64,000 bases of DNA from Tubiluchus corallicola (GCA_030141605.1 JAQGDQ010000046.1:248001-312000); one strand, 5' to 3'; shown: positions 1 to 15,200, counted from the first letter of the stretch. The notes: generated by a model from the sequence alone, not told the origin. Numbers and translations are program-made.

Positions 1-80
1 ACTAAAAATCTTACAACATGCAGTACAGAATAGGACTAAACAATGACTAATCATCATTTAGTGAACAACTGACTGATTAC

Positions 81-255
81 CTCAACAAGCATTCGACACG
101 GGAAACTGGAAGGCAGCTAAATCGAAATACACTAGGCTGAACCCTCAGGTAGACGACGACATCAACAGGAAATGATGCGTAGACATAGTTGCCATCAGAT
201 ACTAATGATGCAGATGATGCTTCCATGTTGAAAACACTTCCTACAGCTTCGCTGG
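81..255 (-). CDS. BLTP1: BLTP1 exon 59 (last exon in window)
   Basis: YASFPVDVVVYLRVQPSVFRFSCLPVSRVECLL; acceptor cttcattag; phase 1-2. Confidence 0.9.
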
Positions 256-3200
256 CTAATGAAGATAAAAGCTGGCTGCATTAATGTGAATAACTGTTAC
301 AAAAAGCTTAACTATAATAACAATTTATGTGAAGGTTATGTAATATCATTTGCAGAGACAACTTTGTGCAAAATATTCTAAATGCAAAGGTTTGTATACA
401 ATAACGGACTAAGACTAAATAATGACTAATCATCATTTAGTGAAAAACTACTTAAACAAGCATTCGACAAGTTTGGAATAAAAAATGTAAGTATCACCAA
501 GTTTATATAAATGCTGTATATTATATACATACACATAATATTCTTATACAACAAGAAACAAAAGTCTTGTTAGACAAAGTGAAGTTCAGCACAATACTCA
601 TGCCACATAAATGACAATTTCTACTCTTTTTACAAAAAGCAAAAAAACATTTCCGGTGCCTTTGCGATTTATGTACTTACTTTGTGGAATGGCAGGCTTT
701 TGCACTGTGCCACCTTGTTGTAAAGGAAACACGTCCAGTGCTTCTTCCAAGAAATCTAGCAATGTCGGGCTAATAAATGTTTCCTGTAAGACCACAGTTA
801 TAAAATACTTCATACGTACCAAAGACATAGTTTTTTTGAACCTGAGGGCAGGCCATTATTATCTTAGAACCTACATAGGTCAGCAAAACTAAGACGTCAA
901 CTAGTTACTTTTGGAGTGACCTATCTTTTAAAACAAAAATGATATCTATAGCAACTTATTAGGATGTTCTTGTTAAGAAGCATATAAAGCTAGCATGAGA
1001 ACAAGGCAATTCAACTTACAAAGTGTTCCGCATACGATAGTATATGATCAGGCTTTATAATACGTAACAAATCGGGAACAACAAAAATTGTAAACTCGGT
1101 TGTTGGAAAAAACAATTTCATAATGCTTTGCACAGAGAATTAGAAGCAAAAACATGACTGAGGCTCGTTCATCATATTTGCACCCATTTGGGGAACAGAC
1201 ACACCTCCTTCGAATATACCCACATCCCTCTTGACATACCTCTACAGTTTGTAGACTCAACCAAGCATACAAATTTGCCCTTTTCATGCCGCTCTTCCGA
1301 CTGAGTCCTGACAGTGCTGCTGAACTGCAAGTTCTTTGTAAAGACAGGTTTTCTGTAGGTACTGATGAAATAAGATGGCCTGCATTAGTTGGTAAGGGCT
1401 GTGCAGGTAAACCCAACATTGCTGTAGGTTCTGTCGAAGCCGTTTTAGAATTGTAGTGCACCTGAAAATAACAATTTTCATGTAAGGCCAAATTTCACTA
1501 AAGTGAGAACAATAAAACAAGCCATCGAAGAGAAAAATTACTAATCCTGTATGCATACGTTACAACAATTCTCATTAAGCCATTAATTCAAAAAAATGTT
1601 CAGCCTTCAATTGTTTTTAATATGATGAATAATAACAAATCACGATAAAGTATTTTTAATGAACAAAGCACGTACAATAATATTAGCACCTGTATTCGTC
1701 TACATAGTTGTATTCAAAAGCCAAGATAGATGCTATATCACATTTTCAATACCGAAGTATGATAAATAAGCATTTCTAAAAGTACAGCTCACTACACTAA
1801 TATTTAAGCGCTCTAATTTCCTTTTAACGTTGATTTTTTCCAGTGACGCAGTCAGTCAGTCATTTGACTCGTTCCAATTTTTAGGTAAACTAGTCTTCTT
1901 CTTAAGCTAACACATCCAAATTTTTTAATATCATGATGGTAAATGCAAAATGATGCATATGCAAAATTGGTAAATGCAAAATGCTAAGTAACAAAAACTT
2001 ACTTACACTTGAATTAGCCAAGCAACACCTACCTTGACTGTCAGCCCTGGAATATAAAAAACTGCAGCTTCGTCTCCCAAAACTGGCTGGGTGGGTTTTA
2101 ACTTACTCGATGTTGTTGCAGTCGAAGATTGCTTTGATAATGTTTTAAATTTCATCCAATCAGTGCGACCAGACATGGACTGAAAATCAGTCACGCTTGC
2201 TGCTGTACCATGTTGCCTAGTTACAAAAAGCTAATCATGATGGAAAGTTAGGGAACACTACAAATTTCAAAAAAGCACTACTTTTTTAAAAACTCAGGAC
2301 CATGGAGTACGGATGTCACTTACACAGTCTAAAGCAAACAGAGGAAGCAAACTTTGAATGAAAACAGTATACGTGTATAAAAAATACATGACCATAAAAT
2401 TTTGAAGTATAGTTTCACACCAGCAAAATTTTAGTATGTGCTTTTTCTTCCTATACATTAGTTTTAATTGCTGTATTATCGGCATCTATAAAAATATGCA
2501 CAATTGCCTGTTTTTCCATGATAATTGTTTGCCAGAAAATGAAAAAAATATGCTAAGTGAACAAAAATACTTTGTTGAGCAATGCTCGCCTTTGTATGTT
2601 GTCACTGAGAAAATGTACATCTTTCTCATAATAGGACTATATGCTATGCAGTGTATCCACATATTCACATCACATAACAGATAAATAAATTGCATAGAAT
2701 TACTCATGCACACATTTTAAACCTAGGTAAATCTTCGTAAAAGCACATAATAGATATAACTATGTGTGCTTCGGTGTGATGTTAAGTGATGCCTGAACAT
2801 GTTCACATGGTATTAAATTAAATGGATGGTTGACCACTGGGGATTTGCTTCCAAGCAGTTTCATACACCGTACTGTTACAGCTGTTTCTCTCATTGAAAA
2901 AGGATGGCAAACACATTTGAATGTAGCTAAAATACCACTGTAAGTTTAGTGTAGCTGCTGTAGCACTTGATATAAAACTGTCTTGATAATGAACTAATGG
3001 AAGTTCTGGCTTCAAAACAAATATATATATTTGTATATATATATATATATATATAAACAAAAAAGCTATTCTAAAACCTAAAACTAATTTTTGAAGTCTT
3101 ACACTTTATCATCACTTTTTGACTGTGTATGAAGAACACATTTTCCGCTATCTATCACAACTTTTAGAGACATTTCAAAATCCACACTTGGTTCAGTTGG

Positions 3201-6200
3201 TCCGGTTTTGGATGAAATAGAAGCGCCTGTTGTCTGGGCCTGTAGTACTTTTTTTGTAGTTGGACTGATTCGTCTGGAACAACAAATGGTTACTAGTTAC
3301 AAAACCTTTTAACCTCTGAATGCGTTCTCAACGTGCATTTAGAGATTTCAATCTATTTTGAAGTAAAATCAAACTTTATTTTCCTAACTTTTTGTGATTC
3401 AAATGTTAACAAACTTTGGGACTTAAGTGAAACAATAAATATATTGTGCAACATATATGAATATACTGAAATAAGTGCAAAGCATAAAAACAAACATAAG
3501 TTTTCATTCATGTAACATTTTTTATATCTGAAGAGCTTTACTGTTTTAAAACTATGAATTTTCCACTGTGTTTCTACAGTATTTAAAGCTAACAGTTAAA
3601 CACTAATCATGCTCACAGATTATAATGATGCTGATTATTATTATTTTGTTCACTTATAGCAGAAATTTAGGTTGCTGAATTATTAAAAGTTTTGAATTTC
3701 AATGTACTACAAGTGTGCATTCCTAAATTTTAACGGCGTGAATCATACTAAACTTACGAGTAACTAAATACAGATTTTTTAGCACAGCCTTGAAAAATAA
3801 AATATATTTTTTGACTGTAAGCTTATTTTTCACATGACACATATTGCAAGACACTACAACACCGACATAAAGGCATCACTAATCTGATGATTAACCTTAA
3901 AGGACGTTTTTGAGCTGAATCTTCGACATCCTCATCTTCATCTTCAGATGGAAGATAGCCATCATCATGTATGTGGGTTAACGGCTGTGGGAAAACAGGT
4001 GGAGCATCAGCTGGCTCACATTTCCCATCCGCTGTAAAAACTTCTTCAGCTATAGATGATACACGTTCTTCACGTACACTTGGATCTGGCAATGCAGTTG
4101 AACTGAAAGAGAAATAGAAAAAGAAAAAAGTTGTTCACATCGACAAAATGGAAAAGATTCACCAAATGTGGCAAAGATATGGTATTTTGGCAAAACTATA
4201 ACACAGCAAACTGTCAGAGTGATTCTTTGTGACTCTTGCTATAAACCAAAAAAACGGAAATCCAATAGATTTAAGGATTAATTACACAAAAATATATACA
4301 TAATTCCATTATTACCATTTACAAGCTAATCAACATTTACGCTTGCTGCTAATCATAAAATGATTAAATCTGCTCACCAAAAACTGCTAAAACTTACTTA
4401 GGCATAGAGAATGTAGTAGCATTGAAATCCGGCATGGATAATTGTTGTGCTTCATTAATATGTGTGACTGAGCCCTCATCTGCAACCGGAGACAAGTCTG
4501 GTGCAGCCGACCTAAAATAAAGAAAAAAACTTCCATTAAGATTATAACAGCTAAACTGCCAAACAAACTCGATCAGAAAACCTTAGCACTTGTTTGTTTG
4601 TTTGTTCTCAATTTTTCAATTTTTAGTGGTATACACATCCTCAAGATTCCATGACATATTCAAAAATTTTGCACAAAATCAATGTTTCATATTAAATTTT
4701 ATTTATATTTCGAAGGCATGCAAGCTTAACTGCAAAGTCTTAGTTCAGGATAAGACTGGAAGGGGCAGAGCTCTGCTGAATACCTTGAGACTATAGAAGA
4801 AATTATTTGACACAAACAGTACGAATGAATGCCCTATCAACGGCGTCATCCTTTGACGACCTCAAGGAATACAATCACGGAGTACGTAGGTGATAAATGT
4901 GATTGAAAGGATATGTTTGGCAACATTATGCTAGTGCGAAATAGTTATAATTAACAGCATTAGAATAAATGTTCACCTTGTAAACTACAGAGTTAAAGCA
5001 CGTAACAGACTAATTTTATCTACTTTACCATTTAAATAGATTTATAACTTTGTACAAAAGCAATAAAAATTAATTTGGTGAGTTCAATAAATCAAATGTA
5101 TTATCAAAAGATGTTCCTCGTCTTATATATCTCTAACACATACACAAAACCTTTGATTAAACGGAATTCTACTCCGTCTACCAGTTTCCACTTTTTCACA
5201 CGAAAGGAAGACAGTCTCATATGTGAAAGTGTTATTGTACAATGTTCTAACAAGCAAAGAAATTTGTAGTATACCTTGTTCAATGGAATATAAAAAATCG
5301 TGTTCAATGGAATATCATTTGCCTTATAAGTGAATACTGTATAAAATTTTGATAGAAAACATCCAATTCTGATTGTTGCCAATAAAAACAGGATATCTGT
5401 GTTTACATAAACTAATGTATAAAATACCAATAAAAGTTTTTCTTTAAACCAATACATGCAAGCACATGTACAATATTCAGCATCAGTAAATTTTTTTTCA
5501 CTTTTTTCACAAAAAAATGCTAAATCGTCTGTTAAGGAAAATTAGATGAAGCAAACTAAAAACAATTTACAAAAAATTTAAACCAAGCAACGAAAATGAA
5601 TGACAAGTTGACTTCTGCTAGACAACAGATGCTACAAGACAGAAATGACTAATGCAATAGTGGCTACACTAGAGCTGCTTATGATTATCACAAAAATCTG
5701 AAATAGAACACTTGACTAGAGACCAGGAAAATGGTTTCCAAGCAATCAAATGTATACTTTTTAAACGAATCTGTTACATGTAACAAAGTGTATTAATTAA
5801 AGACAGTATTAATCACTTAAAGACAGTATTGTTGCAATCACACATATTACAAAATATAACTCAGTCCAACTTCAGGCGCTTATAACATCATTTTGACCAT
5901 TTGTCTATATTTGTTGTATAGTTCTGAAGTTGTTTATTCCTGGTAACAATAGGTAGGTCAGTGTTAAATCTGATGGCAGTCTTGCTAGTTAACACTACAA
6001 TAAAAGCAAAAGAAACACAGCTGTCAACAGTGGAGGAAATAACTAACTGATCATGGTATGCCCTTTGCAAATGCGTGTAAGGAATGTCAGGTCTGGGATA
6101 AACTACTGCCTGAAAATGCTTTTGGCAGTTTTATTTGTCACATATTTACTCATTAAATGGGGATGTATAGACATCCTAAAGCCATTTCAAAGTTTCATCT

Positions 6201-9200
6201 TAGAGGATTATCCTGCATAAGAGCTAGGTGCAGGTCACACCACTGTTATCTATATCAACCCGATTAAGTACTGAATTCCAAATGCTAAACTTTACATGTA
6301 TAAAACTTTACAGATCAATAAAATGAATGAAAATTAAATTTCAGCATGGCGACACAGAACTCACATAATTACTGACCTTCTTTGAACAGAGTGGACAGAG
6401 CGAACAGCACTTGAAGTTCGATGTGGGAACATCATTGTTGATGAGCGTCCGCCAAGCTTATCTTTAAAAGACAACGCCTGCAACAAAAGTGAGTTTAATC
6501 ATGATACTCAGTACTGATAATTCCTTAATTAAACATCTAAATGGCCAAAAAATACATTTTTAGAGATAATAAAGTTATTCAATTTGTAAAATTTCTGTCC
6601 GATTTTGGCCATGCCGTAACAGAAGGTAAGTGAAGTCAAGCCTAGTTGTCAGAAAAACTGCTTTTGGATGGTTTAGTCTGCCTCGGCCATCTTTCTTATT
6701 GAAGAAGGATATATAAACAATGCACATTCAAACACGATTAAGGCACATCTGCAGTTCTGCATGACATTGAACTAGGTTCTGCAACAACCATTAATCATTA
6801 AGTGACTAAGTGTTGGATATTGGCTTGCAGTGTGTCAAACTGATTAAAAGTATTAGGTTATTTACACATTTTACAGAAATACATAGAAGTTGCGCATTTG
6901 CAACACTTTGGAATTCATGGAATTCAAGAATTGGTATAATATGTTTATAGGCAAGTTTTTTTAACCTGGAAGTAATTTAGTATATAGTTGTTTGCGTAAT
7001 AAACATTTAATTTGCACACAGATTTAATTAACAGCAAAATAAATGACATCAGTGTAATGATTTTAGTAATCAATTAAAAACAAGTATTTTAGGTGCAAAA
7101 CTCTTGTTTTTTGACCAAAAATAAAATCAGGAAAAAAGAGTACTGAAATAACAACATGATAAATCCAATCTTTACTTTTTTCAAACTGCCATGAAATTAA
7201 TAACAAATAAGCATAGAAGGTTAAACTAAACAGCACAAACTAATCAGTACTGAGATTAGACTGCTTTGACATAAATAGCTGGCCTAGTTGACACATTACA
7301 ACAGCTATGCAGTAAATGTGATGTAGAACATACACCGCTCTGACGACGGAAACGATTGAAAACATCTCTTCGAAAACCTTGGAATACAGCAGCTTCCAAC
7401 TCTTGCAGTTTTCTCATTTCTTCCTCAATTGTTGTCTCACTGGCACCCAGCTGCCTGAAAATTATTAATAGTTACAATCACTATGTGTAAAAAACTTTTT
7501 AAATAGTTATAAGTACGCTTGCAAATAACAACCGAGCAAAAAAAGTAGGAAACATACTTAAGATCATTGATGAGCTTTGACTGTTCGTTGATCTCTTGCT
7601 CAATGAGTCGTGAATGTCGCTTGGCATCCACATTTGCATCAAACACGAATGGTGGCAGAGTTTCTGCAATACTAGACTTTGTCCGCGTTGGCACTGGCTC
7701 CTGGAAAATTTGACACTACAATTATGCATCCTTGTTTGTTGCCAGAAAAGATGCTGAAGCTGATATTAAAGTTTTATTTGCCAAAAAGTAATAATTAATT
7801 TTATTTATTTATCTATTTATGAGCAACGCAAAACAGGCGGACTTGTATAAAGCATTAATGCAGATAACTGTAGTTTACAAAAGTGGCTGATTTTCATAAT
7901 TCAAAATGAAAACATACTGAGTTTAAAAGGTGAGAACTTAGTCATTTGTTAATGTCCAACAAACTGATCTAGAAGCACTCCAGTTTTGTAATTGGTTGAA
8001 TAGGCTACAAGCTCAATTCTTGAAAATATCAATTTTGGGCTGATGTGCAGAGTAGATGGCATTGGGCACGAAACATTTAATGTTGTACCTTGTTGTGCTC
8101 TTCTGTTTAGTGAATTTTTAATGATTCACTATTTTCCTAACTTTCACAATGTTTTATAAAGACTGCTTTACTAAATTTAATACATGCAGACTGATGCAGT
8201 AGTATATTAAAAAAAGTGAAATGATTCTGCACTTTCTTGGTTTTCATTTTTTGCATTAATGTGCTGTTTATAAAACAGAAACAGAAGAAGACACTGCATG
8301 TTTATATCAGCATTTATGCATCGTTTATACTAGCTACCAATGCGAAAACAACCACAGCTATTAATGAGTGAAATGCTTAGGTTATTATTAGCAATATCGA
8401 ATTTAATTAAATTTAGTTTAAATCAAGATGAACAATATTGTAAGATTTTTTCAGTATCCCTTGCGAAATGGATTCCTACAATTTTAGCCTACTAGGCAGC
8501 GTGATTTGTTGCACAAAACAGCGATAATAAAAATATGTTTGTGCAATTGATTCACGTTACACATGCAGTGCAGTGTGTATCGAAATCGAAATGCCTCAAG
8601 CTCAAGTGAGCCAGCACATGAATCAGTGCCCAAATGGACTGTCTCAGGTTTGCATATCTCACACGCTTCACCAACACTACTTAAACATAAAGTATTAAGA
8701 AAGGTAGAGCTTTCTAAGCTTGTACAAGAACCAATAAACACTGTTAGTTAGACAATAAAGACTCTAACACATTCCATTCCCCCTGAGGTGTGTGTAGTTG
8801 AGATTTATCTAGATTGGTTTCTAAGAGCACTCCTTGTATCAAGCATTTTATAATGAATGCATGATAAATGGCCACAACTTCCCTTCAATTGACAAGGCGC
8901 ACAATAAATTAGAATCTTTGACTACAATGAACAAGGAAAAGAGATGGTTGAGAAAAACAATTCTGGTGATTTGAAAGTCTAGAGTTAAATACCTTATGTC
9001 ATGTATAAATATCAAAGAAGTAAATGATATTAAATTACAAATTACAGACATTATGCACCTAAAATTAAATTCAAACATTTAATACATACATGAGTAGATG
9101 CGGTCTCCGAATCTGTGGAGTCCAATGAAAGACTGTCGATCTCATCAACGCCCTCAAACTCTTCCTCTTCGCCAGCAGCCATCATTGTCAATGTTTTGGT

Positions 9201-12200
9201 GAGAGCAGAAAAGTATCTGCCGATGTTTGTGTCAAACTGCAAGTTCAAACCCTGCATTTGCCAGAAAACACTAAGAATCCACTTTGCATTGCTTGACGAA
9301 TCTGCAAAGTACAACAAACAAACGTTGTTTTCCTTGCAATAAACTCTTATCTCTTGCAAATTTAAATGTTTAATTAAACTACAAATAGAAGTTTGAAAAT
9401 TAGTGGTGAGAACAACAGCGCTGCAGCAATTTTATGAAAATATATTTTAAAAAATTAAAAAAGATAAAAAGCAGCAGATATTAAACAAAGGTACTACCAT
9501 GCTTTATTGTTCTTGAGCAAACTTCGTATGTGCCTTCCGGCACTACACAGTAATTCATGTGAGATCTTTTTGCATCTGGTTTCCAGTCATCCCAGGTAAT
9601 TTCAAATTCATCTGCAAATCTGAGACAAAAACCTAAAAGCAAAGTCGTTTAATTTTATCAGCCTACAAATGATATCACATAAAAATCAGTTCCGATGAAA
9701 AATACTATAAGTAAAACAAATATATGAACTAGTATTCATTTAATACGAGAAAGTGATCAAAAGTGACATAGGCCTAATTTTTTTTATTAATCTTTCTATG
9801 CTACATTCCAACTTACGAACTTACTTGACGGCAATGATAAACAACAAGTTAAAAAAGATGTTCATTCTTTTCAACTACAAAAAAATATTAATAAGATTGT
9901 GCCTGTTCTGAGAAAATAGGCTTTCAGTTTCAAAACAGAACACTCTTTTAACTGCTATCATATGACACCTGGGCCCAATTTCACAAAGCCATCAATAACT
10001 TAACAATGTAGTTATTTTAGTTAAGTGAATGTAATAACAATTTCACAAACTTAGAGATGGCTTTGTGAAACCAGCTTCATGGTGTACAAGCCGAGCTCAG
10101 AATTTAGACAACAGGTCCAGAAATACAGTAAACCCTCATAGGTGAGCAACACAGACATTTTTGAAGGTCTTTAAGCTAATGAAAAAAGCATCAGGCTTTT
10201 TTTTTGTCGTATCCAGCATACTTTATTGACAGAAGCAATCATACCTTTAAATTTTCCTTTGCTAACAAGTGAATTACGGCTGCATGCCGAGATGCGTGAA
10301 CTTTCCAATGTAAGCACAAGAGCTGTACCAGGTTCCCAATCCATACCCGTACGTCTCGTGCTAAAACCCTAAAATAATTTTACAAATATGCTAACGCTTA
10401 AAGGAAAACCTCAAGATCAAACAAAGATGCATTGTCCATATATATAGGAAATCTCAGTTACAGAGTTTTCCTAAAATCCTGTACCAAAATGCTGCTTAAA
10501 TGAAAAAGATTTATAGAAGTAATAACATAGCATAACATTACATAATGCTCTGCCATAATCATGATTTATATAATATGTGCAAAGACATTAGATATCATTG
10601 ATGATACAACAGTTTTTATAAAGATACTGTTAGTGATTTTGTTAAAGTTCAAACAGCTGCCTATCAGGCATTAAAGTTGGTTTAATAAATTATAATAACT
10701 TAAATTTTAACGGGCTTAAATTTGAATAATGAGTATCACCATCAGAATATGTTAATCCTTCAATTACCTGGGTACTTGTCACAGGCAAACATATTCCCAT
10801 GTCAGTCATTGTAAGCTGAATGAAGAGTGTACCCAATTGTGGTCCAGTTGTGCTTTGAATGGGTGGCAACATGTCAATAAGTTGCTGAGTTGCTGTTTGA
10901 ACTTCTTTATTCAAGTTCATTCTCTGCTCGTTCCAATACTCATATGCGTTTTTGTAATTCAGCCACACCAAAATGGCTACAAAGAAATTCGCTTTGAAGA
11001 CAATAGCAACAATGAATTTACCATAATAAACTTGTTTCATTATAAATAAAGCTGCTACCATAATATTGCACATATGAAACATATGCAATGTTAATTCCAG
11101 CACACTGTTTGGATAGTGCTCGGCAAACAAGTGACCATTTTGAAAACTATTTGCTACTACTGTATGGGCTTTTTTAGCACTCGTTACATAAAATTCACTG
11201 CGAATTTTGTGTGGTGATAAAAAAATTATTAGTGACTTTGTAATTAGTAAATCAGGTATAACCACTCTAATCTCTATCAAACATTTAAATTCATTAACAA
11301 TGCATTACAAATCATGCTTTTGTTTACAAAGATAATAGCAATCAACTATTCATTAATTAGGAGTCGTTTATTAATTAATTTTTCAAAAAAAGCACTTTAC
11401 TCTCTACCAGCAGTTTACTCTCTAGAAGACGCACTATAAAACTAGTATGATTTCTTTTGAAAAAAAATTAAGCGAGGTTTTTAAAATAGCCCAAAAGGAG
11501 GTAAAATATTAAGTAGAATGTTTGACATATAAGATGAAATAAAAATTTCTGCTCTAGGTTAGAAAAAAATTGAATGCAAGACGGATTAAATACATGTCAT
11601 ACATAAATGTATCAATAACATGTAAAAGATAAATTTGCAATCAATATAACAACAGCGTAAATTGTATTGCATACATATAAATACATGCAAAGTACATTGG
11701 TTTTGATTTAACTGCCTTCTTCTTGATAGGTTATTCTTGTGCCAAAATAAAAAAAACTACACAAAAATTATTGGTAGACATCTTTTAAAGGTTCATATTT
11801 ACTTAATGTGTAATAAAGCTATTTCTTATTGTGTGAATGGACAAAATGAAATGAAACTGTAAGACAGATGATGATGAAGTTATTACCCTTATCAAGTGCA
11901 ACTGGCTGAATGGAAATAATAGGCCTAGTGAGAATGATCAAGACTGCTTCTTTATCTTCTTTCTCCTTTTGACTAGAAATCATTTCATCTTGTAAAGCAT
12001 TGCGTAGACCAATTCGAGTTTTAAAAAATGCGTAAGGTAAAAACTCCGGCTCAGCTTCTTCAAATATTGTATGCTACAAAAAAATACAACAAAAAAATGT
12101 GAGTTTTAGCAATAAAATGTGGAGGGTGAAAAACAAGATAAGTGTTTTAATAAGCATTCTAATGAAAGTAAATTACCTTTAATAGCTGTCCTAAAGCAAC

Positions 12201-15200
12201 ATTAAGATCAACTTGCAGTTTGCCAAACAGCTTAACAACTGGATTAGCTTCTGTAACAAACACAAAACCACACATGCACCATTAAGTATATTAAAATTTA
12301 AACAGAATCTGTTTACGCAATTAATGGCTTAAAGCATGTGATAGTACATGGGACGGAAATATCTTATACTAAGCTATGCTTTATTTCTTCACAAAATTGT
12401 CATGCCAATGAAGTGCAGTTTTTCATAATGAGTATGAACACAAAAACACTGCACCAGTAATTGCAAAATGTTATACTAATAAATTGCTTAACTAAAATTT
12501 GTTGTTAACCACTAAAATTGACTAAATAGATTATGCTCGACCGTGATTAACTGAGATAAGAAGAAATGCTTTTAAAAAAAGCTTTGTAACCATTCTAACT
12601 CTTTTAAACGGAACAGAAACAAGGTTTGTAAATTAATCTAGGTTATAACTACAGCAAATTAAATTAAAATGTTTACAGATATATCATAATACAACATAAT
12701 GTGTTTTATTATTAGTGATGAAAATTATTAAACAACTACTTTGCTGTTGTTTAGCTGATGGGCTTTGCACCCTATTCGACAATTCAACTTCCACCATTCC
12801 TGTCTCAAGTCTCACAGCTGTTGACGTGGGAGTCGTAGCAGTGATCTGGATACCCTAGAAAGATTTGCAATCAGTGCTACAGTTGCAAGAAAATGTTAAA
12901 CCTGCCCTAATAATAGCATGCAATAAGTAAAATGATCCAAACTGAAATAAAAAATAAATTAAAATTACAAATTTGCCACACCAGTAAAATCAAGGGTTCC
13001 CAGTCACCAGCGGTTTTTGAGTTTATTTCTTCTACACAATTCGGCAGACTGCAAACTGGAATCCAGCATTCAAATGCAGGGCCTACTCATACCATTGCTT
13101 ATATCGTGAGTGGAGGCTTACTCTATAGCAGACATCCTTCTAAGATGAGCCACTAAACTCACCAAAGTAGCTCAGCTATGGTCAGATCTATATGCATTTG
13201 TTATGTAGTGACGAACCCAGACAGCGACGAGCCATTGACGCAAAATATGAGTGCATTCATTTGACCTTGAATTAACATTCTTACATCATTATATGGTATA
13301 AGTGCAGTAGTAATGATTATTAGACTGGTTAATTTGCTCCTAGTAATAGCTGCATGTGTTACTACAAGAAGCCATTTAAGATTCCGGTCCATGAGGTCTC
13401 GAAACCAGTAAAGCTCAGTAACTTGATGACTGCTTATTCTTATGCACTGAGTTGCTCAGCACCAGCACAATTAGATAGCTACATGTTCTTCATTTGTGGT
13501 TCCTTTGGAAAAAGACTGTAGTAAATAAACTTTTTTAGTTAAATGAGAAAAAAGATAATTATATAAAATCTGTATATGTAATAGTTTACATCCAAAAGTA
13601 CTAAAGGAATTCTAATGCTTTGAATTATTGCCGATTAGTTGGTTTGTTGTACACGAGTTAGTGGGTTACTATGATCAATATATATTATAGTTTTCACAAG
13701 GTTAAGTTTATCTATCATTTATCACATGATTCAGAGTAAACAAATCTATCGACAAACATTTGAACTTTTCATCTTGTGAAATAGTTTATGCATTTATATA
13801 GTTAAACACATATTTTTAGTTTACGCTAAATAGTAAATAGTTCTAAGGCTGCATTTATTAGATCATTCTACTACCAATTTAAATACCAACCTTTAAATGG
13901 AATATTACTGAATAGAGCAAGCGAGTCGGTCGATTCTCCTCAGCTTGTAGTGATATGATGCTTAAATCACTGAATACGGATACTGGCTGGTCGGCACCAG
14001 AAACTTTTTGCACAACCTCGTTGATCTCCTACAAAATAAAAGAAAAAATAGTCTAGAGCTCTAGATAAAGTAATTGCTAACAAGAATAAGGATTATCTTG
14101 CTATTAAATCTTAGTCTTACCAATGAACTTAGAATCCTTGTGTGCAAGAATAAAAATAATTTTCTTCCATTGCCTTATTCAAAACTATAAACTTATAAGC
14201 AATGTAAATTTGTTTGGAAGCAGTGCATAAGTGTTTACTTAAATTATCTGGTCCTCTTACATACAAAAGTGACTTTGAAGCCTTTAACTTTTCACTAGTG
14301 AAATGCAGCAAAACATTTTGCACAATACAGTAAGTCTTCACTTAATGATGCTAATGCAATGTGTTGTTAAGCGAAACATCGCTAAATGAAACATTGTTTT
14401 ACATAACAAACAATGCAAAAGCATTCAGTTGTGTTCCAGGAGCGGGGAGAATACCACTGAACGTGGCTACGTTAAAAGGTTCAGTTATCTTGCAGAAGAA
14501 AAATCAATAACGTTTGGCTCAAAAATAAAACACTATACATGGGTTATTGCTTACAGTTCTACAGCATTTGTTTAATTAAAATGTTACAGTGAACTGTATA
14601 AACAACTGTGTATAGGCAAAATTCAAATCTGAAACATGGCCTCCTCTTCTTCAGTCATTTTTTCCTCTTCCTGCTTTTCTTTCTTTTGTTTTTTATAAAA
14701 ATAATCCATTGTGGGTTGTTTCGATTTTTTTTGTTTTTCTGCTAACACTGCTTGAAGGCATTGCATTGCATCCGCTACATCCCGCTTCACTTTTGAGTTC
14801 CGTTCTAGGTCACTGTCATTTTCACATAAAACATGAAGCCCAGTATCAATGTATTTAAAAACTTCATTAAGAAGCGCTGTGGTTAATTTGTTCTGAAGTT
14901 TAGGAGACGAGTCGTTACCTACTTGCAAAATAACTTGTTGTTTGTGTAATTCGTGTAACTCTTCATTAGTCTGTTCTTCAGCATGAGATTCCAGCACTTC
15001 TATGTCATGCTCTTCCAAGTCATTGAAACCTGTGGCTTTTGCAATTTGCAGCGTCTCTTCACTGACAGAAAGAACCAACTCTGCTTGTTCTGTTTTTGTC
15101 ACAATTACGCCACACTTATGCATTCAGCAGTAATAAAGGATGCTATAGTATTTGGTGTCAGAAAAATTACTTTTGCAAAATTACTTTTACATTGTCACAA

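Noticed and set aside
256-275. Upstream acceptors for exon 59 (tgcag, ccag)
   Set aside because: Wrong phase after exon 58; the tgcag acceptor leads to a TAG stop.
1850-1910. Possible alternative terminal exon (LKKKTSLPKNWNESND*)
   Set aside because: Weak polypyrimidine tract and no other support.
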